A stretch of DNA of 63,907 bases, the filler included, from Choristocarpus tenellus KU-1152 (taxonomy: Eukaryota; Protista; Phaeophyceae), in NCBI GenBank assembly GCA_964200185.2. It is 11 parts of 11 records of this genome, joined end to end, with 100 filler letters (N's around TTAATTAATTAA, not from the genome) between each part and the next. Parts side by side here need not be neighbours in the genome. Positions count along the whole stretch, not along the records: positions 12,047 to 16,404 come from CAXNAD020014936.1; positions 16,505 to 22,754 come from CAXNAD020008572.1; 9 more parts are not named here. One strand, 5' to 3'. Of this stretch, positions 12,767 through 22,696 are shown in pieces. The translations under genes and the position numbers were made by a program. Positions within the stretch are counted from its first letter, which is position 1, and each line of letters begins with the position of its first letter. The notes under the pieces were generated by a model that saw only the letters and a program-made list of their open reading frames with translations, searched no databases and had not been told where the DNA came from.

Positions 12767-13138
12767 ACTTTCAAAATGCTTGGGAAAAAGGGGAAAAAAA
12801 TGTAGTGATTCCCAAAGACGGAGGTTCCCCAAGGCGTTGCCCTGTTCCTCGCTTCACTGATTCATATTGTATAAAGGTACATACATACATTTGTCACCAT
12901 TGTTTTGGAATGGTGTTTTGAAATTTGTTTTTTGTTTTCCTTCACACAAATCAATGACCGCGAGCGAGAAAAATTGTAAGAGCAACTGCGCGCCACTGCC
13001 AAGTGTGGTCCATCAAACTATAAGATTGTCATCCTTACACCAAACCAAAGGAGGATTGTATCGAGTTCAGCACGTTGAAAAGAGGCTGCTGCCGCGATCA
13101 CATTCCTGATAAGTTATTGTAGAGGGCGTAGCTTCATC

Positions 13139-13207
13139 ATGAGGTTTAGTAATGCCTTACTTACCGTTGGAATCGTACTCGGAAGCACGGTGCAAGTCAT
13201 TGTAGGG
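13139..13207 (+). CDS. Possible first exon encoding a signal peptide, MRFSNALLTVGIVLGSTVQVIVG
   Basis: ATG, a basic residue, a hydrophobic stretch, then a strong GTGAGT donor. Linkage to the downstream UBL exons is inferred only. Confidence 0.45.
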
Positions 13208-14036
13208 GTGAGTTGTATTCCAATTTTCCATCATGTGCCTATTTCAATGAACGGGCGCAGCTTCCATGGTCGCTGTCGTGGGTCTCCTACCCTCTTTCAA
13301 CTTGGGACCCTTCTCTTGTTGACCGCGAAAAACACAGATTGAGATTTTGTAGCTGCAATCCAAGTGTATGGAATCATCTGGAAGTGCAATGGATGCATGT
13401 TCCTAAGGATTGCACAGGAGGACTTAGGTCGGGGGTATCTTCCCACAACTAGCACACCAGAGAAAGAAAATGATAAGGCAGAAGCATTAGACTACATCAG
13501 GGTTTTGATGACCCTGAAGGAATCGCAATGTGTTTACGTTTCACCTTCACCATTGCGTTGTAAACCGTACATTACCCACACAGTTGAAGCCATGATATTC
13601 GTTGGCGTATTGTTTCTAGAGAGATGAGAGATGAGATGCGAAGGGAAATATATGATGATGAGACATATAAAATTCATCTTCAAAATCTGCCCAAGAAGGT
13701 AGCACTCCCTTTATTCGGCATCTTTGTTGATCGAGGTCCACTATACCCTATGTAGCACATGATTATCGTTTTGTCCTCGTTTAACAGTGTTTTGTTCCTC
13801 AGTGCTCCAACTGAAGATGTTCCGCCCAATCTAAGTGTTCTTCTGCCGTAAGTACACGCTAATTGACACCCCCAGCCCTAACCGCACAATTATCCTAAGT
13901 GTCCTAACCCTAACTGCAGTTCAAAAAGTCTAGTTTATGTCCCCAGCACAAACCCTTGTCCTACTGCAGTCTGAACCCAGATACTATGGTCAAGTTATTT
14001 TCTCTTAACCATGACCCACACCTGCCATCGCCTCAG

Positions 14037-15348
14037 GTAGCAACACCGGTTAACGTGGTTGTGACTCTTCGTGGCAAGAAGTACGACGTGAAGGAAGCCT
14101 CCAGTGTGTTGGACATTCAGTCATCCTTAGAAGAGCAGGCTGGACTGGCGAAGGAACAGCAGGTTTGTTTATCCCTAACTTTAACCTCCTTTCACTTTTT
14201 TTCGGCAGCAGTTCCTTGTTACACAATATCCAGTCTGGGTATCGGATAGTTGCCATTGTTTTGCACAGTGGTTTCGTGGGGTTATCTCCTTTGTCATGTA
14301 TCCAGGCATACTGGTACGCGAATTGATGGCCAAGATGAATTTACATACTTCCATTGATCTGTATTAATAGCTATTACCTAGAGAGGTGTTGAGCAAGTGA
14401 GCAAGCAGGTTGCCCAAGGTAGGGCTACTCTGCTATCATCTTGTACCGTCAACACACATAATCCTAGGGTCCCTTGTTTTCCATTCTACTTAATCTACAA
14501 TACCTCAGAAGCATGCCAAGACATGCTGTATCCTAATCACCGCGATCCCCTAGCATTCATACATCAATATTGAAACATACTGACTGATTTTTTTTGTAAT
14601 GATTCTGCTTTCACCCTGTCATAGACTGATCCAAAGTCCTTGTTTACTCAATGCAGACAAGGCACTCGGTGACCTGAACCACTGCATATGATTTTACCTT
14701 ATGAAGGATGTAACTGTTAAATGCGGGAAGCCTGTTGACCTTTCTTGTACTGCAGTAATGAAACTATCACTTCAATGTCACCACTCAAGAGCTCTTTGAC
14801 AGGCTGGTCCGTTATCTCTACATGCCCTAGTGTTGTTTCTATTTTCTTCACTTTAGTCTGGGGACTACCTGACCCATGTTCAGAGTCACTACAAACTGTA
14901 TTTATTCTCATACCTACTAGTCTACACAGACAAGACCCCCAATATCAGCTGTGCCTCGAAGCCCCATATCTGACTACTATATATATATATTGCACAATCA
15001 TTGTTGAGCAATAAATTTTTTCTGAGGTGCTGCCTGGCGACCCCTATTGAAACATAAAATCTCCAATAATTGCCTACTCCCAGACCTTGCAAGAAGCTAT
15101 TCAGTATTCATGACCACAAACATTTGCTCGCATGCTATATATGTCCAGTAACCCTTTGCCCTGTTCTCATTCCATCCTGCTCATGTTATGTTTGTATTTG
15201 TGCTTGTGCTTGTGTGTGTTGACAACTAATCAAGTCTGTCCTTTTCAAGGGTGCCCTCCTCACTTCAGATGATTCTCTCTCAGAGGTTGGGGTTTCTGAT
15301 GGAGACACTGTTAACGTTGTCCCCAACAAGAAGCCCAAGGTCGCAACG
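14037..15348 (+). CDS. Ubiquitin-like domain protein, exons 14037-14162 and 15235-15348
   Basis: Spliced in phase 0: VATPVNVVVTLRGKKYDVKEASSVLDIQSSLEEQAGLAKEQQ|SVLFKGALLTSDDSLSEVGVSDGDTVNVVPNKKPKVAT. This fits the beta-grasp UBL pattern (QQ.xLFKG..L.DD.xL...GV.DGDTV.VV). Confidence 0.85.
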
Positions 15349-18300
15349 GTGTGTTATTGAAGGGTTACAGGGTTATAGACGCTGTCGTGACTTCTAGGGT
15401 TGTTTTGTTGTTGGATTTAGGATCTCAATGGACAATTTTATGCAGGCGTTTGGTGACGGGGGCAGGAGGGACAGGGTTAGGACTGCTCTAGTGAAGTAGA
15501 ATGCAAGGTACATAGTTATGTATGTAAGATGTACAAAAGCTCCTGCAAGGTAGGACAATTTTTTTGTAACCTTATGTTCAAAAGCCTCCCAAGGTGTGCA
15601 ACTCCCCCCCCCCCCCCCCCCCCCTTTTTTTTTNNNNNNNNNNAAAAAATACATTGACAGGGATCAAATTTTTTTTTCAACTTTTTTTTTAAAGTCCTCC
15701 CAAGTTTTCCACCTCCCCCCCCCCCCCCCCTGTTTTTTTGTTCTTTTTTGATCTGTTGAAGTGAAGTATTTGCATTCTAAACATGCATTTGAAAAAACCC
15801 TGCCTCTCTTGCGTTTAAATTTATCTATGCACAAACAGATCTATACTGAGTGAAGTCATATACATGCGTATATTTTACATATAGTAGTAGTATGTATGCA
15901 AAAAGGATCATCTCGCATAGAGCAATCGATGCCTTACATGAAGAAGACACTTTCAGTTGAGTGCTAGGGACAAGGACTAGGCCAGGATCGGATTGTTCCT
16001 TAAGACGTATTCAAAAAATATAAGAGAGTATTTGTGTGACCATTGTGAATCAAAGTAGTAGAAACGTGTCTTCACCAAATGAAAAATAAAAGCAGAAGTT
16101 ATTATCATGGCGTCTTCTTTTAATTTGCAAACAGTACTTGTGAGGTGTGAAGAGAGGGGGAAGTAGGTACATTTCTAGGGTTTTGTGTATTAAGTGGTGT
16201 TGACAATTCTCTGTCGTTTTGCTTTGGAGTGCGAGATGTTGTATGCCAATTGAGACAGGCTACATGTTGTTGTAGTCCCATAGCCAACTGCTAACGATCT
16301 CTCTGTGTACTCAGCATATGATGTGCCAGTTCCCCCCCCCCCCTACGTACTTCACCATCATTTGTTGAAGCTTTTAGATGAAAATAGATGGGCTGAACAT
16401 CCTCNNNNNNNNNNNNNNNNNNNNNNNNNNNNNNNNNNNNNNNNNNNNTTAATTAATTAANNNNNNNNNNNNNNNNNNNNNNNNNNNNNNNNNNNNNNNN
16501 NNNNGTGTTAGGAAGTGTCAATGTCGATGTTCTGGACACACCTTCTAATAACATACACATTTTACACACTCCGAAACATTTTGGAGTAGGAAAATGTCAA
16601 TAAAAAACCCATGGGAAGCCAAGATCCAAATGGACAAACACGGCAAAAATCGTACCCTCTAAGATACTTTCACTCCTTGTCAAACAGTCGAACACTGTGC
16701 TCTATGAAACTTTGGTACGAGGGTACACGTACAATCGTAATAACGTCAACTCCTTCTCACAAATAAATGCCTCCAGGAACAACTATTTCCGCTACCCACT
16801 TTCCTTCTTGAAATGTAGAACGCCTTTTCATCGATACGTATCCTTCCAAGGTGAACATCTTTAGATGCCTAAAAGAGGAGTTTCGTCATTACATAGATTA
16901 AGACGTTGGCAACAATAGGCAACCATTGCCCGGTACACATGTACGCCGTCCTCATGATGTCGAATGGTTCGGCCTGGAATCGGACCGACAAATCCATAGA
17001 CCTGGGGTATCTTTGAATGGGTCTAAATCCGTAGCATCACCGCTACCTGATCAATTACTTACGACGGGCACGACACACAATGAATGCTATTCTCTTACAC
17101 AAGGAAAGGACATTCAATTGAAGATATATGAACACCCCCTAGAAAATCATCATCAAAGTCCTTCTTAGCACCTGGTTCGTTCATTTCCATCCGCACTCCA
17201 TACAAACATATATCAGTCTGGCGCCTCAATCGCGGACCGAAAACAACTGCACTTGTTATCACATATTCCCAATGTGCCAAAACAAAGGACTAGCATCCAA
17301 TCTAAGCAGAGTCTTCCTTGAACAATGTCCACATTTGCCAAAGACAGGCAGATGCCATGGAAGAGGGAGGATTACACTATTCCCGACCTAACACCATAAC
17401 CTATTATATCACATGGTAGGCCTTTCTCACCCACGTCCATTTCTCACATGTGAGCCAGTTGGAGTCGGGTCTTCCCTCAGATATTCTTCAACTTCGTGTG
17501 TGTCCAGTAGAGGGACGATCAAACTTCGCAGTATGGATGGGACATAGTAGGTGGACATAGCTGTGAAAAGTGGCCTTGCCTGGACAACGAGGGAAGTATG
17601 ACAAAAGTTTCCTTTTCCTCAACAATTTGTGGCATTCATTTCAACCTTGCTGGGCTACAATCAATGGTCAATGACATATTTAGGTTGGTCTTAAGAAAAT
17701 ATTGGGTGTGTCCATTACCGATATAGGTGACGTCATAACTGTATCGATAATGCTGTATATTATATAGGTACAGTAATATTATGTTTATTATATAAGTACA
17801 ATGATATAATATGTAGGTAGGTTTGGTGTTTGGTCAAGTTCTCAACTGGCATCTTCCACAACACCATAATAAAGAGTCAAATCTGGAGATAAGAGAAAAA
17901 TATTATTGTTACGACGTTGCACGAACCAATAAAGGAGGGACTCCAAACTTCTTTTTGTGTTTGAAGATGTTGGGAAACGTCCCTAACAATGGCGAGGATT
18001 CAAGGGTAGAGGAATGTGGGAAAGGTTATGATTTGTTTGAAGTACACAGCAGTGTTCGCCTTGTTCCTGGCATTCATGATTGTACTTCGTACCAACAGAT
18101 TCGACGTAAAAGTGCAAAGTTAGCGGAGGTGTGACATGACGGTGGGATCTGCACATCCACCCAAGGCTTAAGGATTACAGCTTTCACGCGCACTTCCACA
18201 TCTATGCAATGATCGGGTGTTGACCCCTTCCTTGGATGAGTCTGCATTCTGACTGCAATGCGTTCAATTATTACCAGTCCAAGGCAAGGATTGCCGTCCA

Positions 18301-18397
18301 GCAACCTTTCGGTATGCTCGCCGAGCATGGAAGGGCATCCTGTGGGGTTGAAACATTGGTCATCCCATGGTCATAAACTACGCCATTGCCTCGCATA

Positions 18398-18577
18398 GGC
18401 TCAAAGTATGTGAGGGAGGGGGTGGCGGCTGTCCATTCGGGGCCCATTTTTCCATGTCGCTATTTTAGGGTGATTTGGTTGCGTGCATCGGATGGATAAT
18501 TTAAATGCACTTCTCTGGTCAAGGCCCGATTGGACACTCTGGTGTAGACCCCCCCCCCCCCACAGATACTTTGAGCC
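18398..18577 (-). mobile_element. MITE family A, full copy, TSD ATA
   Basis: GGCTCAAAGTATGT...AGATACTTTGAGCC flanked by ata/ata. Confidence 0.92.
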
Positions 18578-20615
18578 ATAACCCAACAAACAACTCTCCA
18601 ACAACCATACCAGACTCAACTCTACATCGTACGTCAAACAGGTTATGAGTCATCATTAATATTATCAACAAGGATCGTGATTCGACAAGAATGTTTGTGT
18701 AGAAGAGCATATGTATTCCTCCTCACCAGATAATATTTTGGTTCGAATGGACAACTGACTCGGGCTCTCTCTTTTTTGTCTCATGCAACAATTTAGCTTT
18801 TGTTGGGTTTGAGACGCTCTGGTCACCGGCCTTCGACCTCGGTCTTGTCATTCTCGTATTCACAGTATATAGCCTAGATAGTACAGTCTCGGAGTCACGT
18901 TCATCATTTTGCCCTTCATCACAAGACCAAGCCTCTCCAGAGCACACAGAGCACCATTCATTACTCTTGCTCAAGGATGATGACAACTCTTCACAGGCCG
19001 TCACTATTCGCCCTTTCCTAAAGGGATAACACTCTGCTCAGCATATATTCCATTCGTCTTCCATAAAGGAACAACACAGACCATCATTCGTTTTTACCAA
19101 AGAGAAGCAGGATCTTCACACAGAGGGTTATCATCCATTCTTTCTCAAGGGACAAGACTCTGTTCAGAGTATATATTGTTCGCCTTCATCAAGGAATAAA
19201 GCTCCTTCCCGAGCATCATCGCGCCATCAGATTGGGAGAACAGCGTGTTAGTGAGCGTCCATCAAGGGATCCCCAGGATCACATACGATTATATCTATGG
19301 GCATGGAGATTTATTTCTCAGTTCCCCCCCCCCACTTCCCTATATCCTGGTGTGCTCCTTCATAGTGCCGAACCTATGATGTTTCTATTTATGAATAACT
19401 CATGTTTCCTTTCCCCACAGGTCTCTTCTGATTAGTAGTATTGGTTTTATAATTTTTGTGTTGTTGATGGTGTCTGCTGTTGCATGCCACAAGTGGTATA
19501 CCTGGAGCGTTTCGATGTGGTGGACATTCGTCGCTTGTGTGCGTAGAAATTTCTTTTTGTGCCACCTTTTTTTCGTTCTTTACCTTCCTTTTTTTATTCT
19601 TTTGTTGATGTCCATAAATGTCTTTCTTTCCTCACAAAGCCCGTGATGGCTAATGTTCAACCCTTGTGACCATTATTATGTTCACATTACAGCATGACAT
19701 GGTGGTACACAAAAACGCCACTACTTGTACATAGGAAGAATGTGAAAACACTTTTCTCGTCCACCTTTCCCCTTTTCTACCTGAAAGGAATTCTTTGTGC
19801 TTCACAGTGCTTGAAAAGAAATATATATATTTTACTTCAACATGTGTATGTGTACTCGGTAAAGACGACTAGGAGTCGGTGTTCTTTAACAAGATATTAA
19901 TGACAAACATTTTTCGACAGCCACTAAAGGTACAAGGAAGTTGAAAACACCTAGTCATGACGATTGTTATCATTTTTACTGTTATTGGTATTGTTACTAA
20001 CCTGTATGCACAGTTCCACGGAGGAATGGATGAAGAACGGAAGTATAGAACCACAAACATGCGCAATTGTAGTTGTAACCTGTACCCCCCAGGGTTCACG
20101 TGGTATGGCAACAGAAATTGCAGATGTCAACTAAAGAAGTAAATATCAAACAGAGAAATGACAAGGACAACAACTATATACGATATAGGGGGAGGGAGGG
20201 TGACAAGGAAATACGCAAACTCTCGGGGAAATCAATCGGAGCATGTGCGGGGAAACAATATATATATATATACAGGCACTATGGCACAGAGACGAAACAC
20301 GTCACTGGGGCATCCGCTGGACCCACTCAAAGACGAAAGGTCGTATCCTGCAACACCACCGGGAAAAAAAAATAATGTACTAATGTTGGTCTGCTCATGC
20401 GGATCAGAATATGAAAATTTTAGCAATATATTGGCAGGATAATTGGAAGAGATCGTTGTGATATTCATGTCCAGGATTGGGTAGATTGTTGTTTGACTAT
20501 CGATATTCTTGAACGATTTATATTCTAGAAGGACCTCATTGTGTTGTGGAGGAGTTTGTTATCTTCCAGAGATATGAGTAATTATTGTAGTGTTGGCAGT
20601 CACCTCTAGGATCAG

Positions 20616-20931
20616 ACCGGTCTTGACTTTTTTTTAAAGGTTGCCCAACGAATTAAACGACAATCCACACATCGAATGAAAGCTCTTGATCTAAAATATC
20701 AGTTTCCGGAAAGTAATTCGTTCGGAAAATTGTTTTGGTAAGGTTAAATTTTATCCGAATGTTTTCGGCACAACCTTGAAAATGTTTCGGAATGAATTAT
20801 CACGATGAAACATATTTTTCCGAAAGAATTGCTTTGCGTAAATCGATAGCCTAGATCCAGAGCTTTCAATTGATATGCTGATCGTGGATTAACACTCATT
20901 GGGCAACCTTTAAAAAAAAATCAAGATTGGT
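20616..20931. mobile_element. Foldback/MITE with about 120-bp imperfect inverted arms; inner boundaries TTAA|AGGTTGCCCAA...TTGGGCAACCT|TTAA
   Basis: The left arm (tcttgactttt..aaaggttgcccaa..gaaagctcttgatcta..ttcggaaaa) is the reverse complement of the right arm. Confidence 0.8.
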
Positions 20932-21017
20932 AACGACCAAAACGGTACGTGGGTGGACCTCGGCATAATACTGTTTAAGCCACTCGGACACTGTAGCGCC
21001 CAATGACCTCCGATTTG

Positions 21018-21521
21018 TCGCCTGGCCCTCACTGTGAATTGAACTCGATCGAGATGGCCTGGGGCGGGCGAAGCACTATGTACAAGGCCACTGTGACTAC
21101 ATGTTGCCTGGAATGAGAGCCAACATCCCTGCCAGTCTTAAGGAGAAAGGTGGGCTGTCCAGAGTAGTTGTGGAGAGGTTCTTCAGGATGAGTATTGCGT
21201 ACCACTTGATATATTCCAACGAAAAAGGCATGGAGTGCACCAAATTGGACAGGGTATACAAGACATTTAAGTCTCACAGGAGGCCTGCACCTTACGAATA
21301 CCTCATTTGACTTGGCATGGATTGTCTGGTTCAGAGGCCTAAACCCTCATTAGTGAGCCTTAGTCAGCAGGTGACTACATAGCATAAACGGGAAATAATG
21401 GAAAGGGAATGGAGAGACATCAATACCCATGTTCTCTGGGTAATGATGACCTCTTCTGGTGCAAAAATCATCCTTAAATGCCAGGTTCCCTCGCGGACTA
21501 CTTGATTTAAATATGATCCTG
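21018..21521 (+). pseudogene. IS630/Tc1-related DDE transposase C-terminus (frameshifted) plus probable 3' TIR end
   Basis: SPGPHCELNSIEMAWG/RAKHYVQGHCDYMLPGMRANIPASL...RFFRMS..Y...YKTFKSHRR (stop 21310), matching the PKFHCELNPIE..W..AK and YKSHRR motifs. Ends ..GATTTAAATATGATCCTG|TA at 21521. Confidence 0.8.
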
Positions 21522-22220
21522 TATTTCTCACGATTACCGCAAGTTGACCAACCGAGACCCATCAAATAAGGTTGAGCATGCTGATGCGATTACAGCAAAC
21601 GATTTTTATTTTTAATTGTTGTTGATCAAAAGTTATGACACGACAAAGTTGATCAAGGAGGTGACTCCCAATACTGTACAGTTCCACAACCACCTATAAT
21701 AAATAAATTAGATATTTCTTCCTCACACCCAAGTCATGTGACTCCACTCTCTAGCAATGGGAACCTATGAGGACTCCATCTCCTTTCTCTACTGACTTTT
21801 GTACAAGGGGAACCATTTGAGGCTCACTCTCTATCTCGACATTCTTCATCGCTGTAAACTGAAACTACGAAATTGTAAAGATTATGGGGCTTGGTAGGAA
21901 CGGAGAAAGGATTCCCAGCTGCCTCTATGAAAGGTGCTCGAACACTGCCTACATCTCGATTGTTTTGGCTCCATGGGCGCCTAAGTTACTCTACTATCTC
22001 CTCAGCACGGGAGCGCTACGATATGTAATAGTCAGAACAGGACTTGAGGAGGAGTTCTGGTTTTTGCAATGGCTTAAGTTGCGTCCAAGTTAGGAGGCAT
22101 GCCCCATGAGCATCCTTGGGAAGAGATCCATACAAGAGTTTGACTGGGAAAATGATCAATTATGACAGACTTTGTTTGTTGGGAAGTGAACGCTGCTTCA
22201 TTAAGATGTATGGCTGGGTT

Positions 22221-22478
22221 GAGCCAAAGTATCTTAGAGGGTAGAGCCGCGTCCATTTGGGGGCCAAAATCCAATGTTGCGATTTCGATGTAATTTTGTC
22301 TATTGTGTTTGTTAGGAAGTGCCAATATCCTTGTTCTGGACACACCTTTTCATAACATACACATTTTACCTGCTCTGAATTTTTTTCGAGGAGGAAAATG
22401 TCATACGAACCCCAATGGAAACCAAGCCCCAAATGGACAAACAGGGGAAAATTCGTACCCTCTAAGATACTCTCACTC
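22221..22478 (-). mobile_element. MITE family B, full copy, TSD GGGTT (5 bp)
   Basis: GAGCCAAAGTATCTTAGAGGGTA...TACCCTCTAAGATACTCTCACTC flanked by gggtt/gggtt. Confidence 0.93.
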
Positions 22479-22517
22479 GGGTTGCTCATGAGAAACTTCG
22501 TGCGGGGTGAAGTAAAT

Positions 22518-22696
22518 GGCTCGAAGTATCTGGGGGGAGGTGGTGGCTGTCCATTTGGGGTCAATTTTTTCATATTGCGATTTTTGGGTGATTTGGTTGC
22601 ATACGTCGGATAGATAAGGTAATTGCACTTTTCCTGATTTTGTCCCAAATAGACACCCTGGTGTAGACCCCCCCCCCCCCCCCGATACTTTGGGTC
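22518..22696 (-). mobile_element. MITE family A, full copy, TSD AAT
   Basis: GGCTCGAAGTATCT...GATACTTTGGGTC flanked by aat/aat. Confidence 0.92.

Noticed and set aside
15560-15745. Apparent duplication around the 10-N gap
   Set aside because: The second copy is a degraded homopolymer-rich echo, probably a low-quality scaffolding artefact.
22221-22478. Assigning A/B to RAG/Transib
   Set aside because: Termini are GAG/GGC/GAC rather than CAC and TSDs are mostly 3-4 bp. The resemblance is architectural only.
22160-22648. ORFs reading through MITEs (recurring ATKSPKN, SESILEGT, PSKILSL peptides)
   Set aside because: Translations of non-coding MITE A/B sequence. They recur because the repeat recurs.
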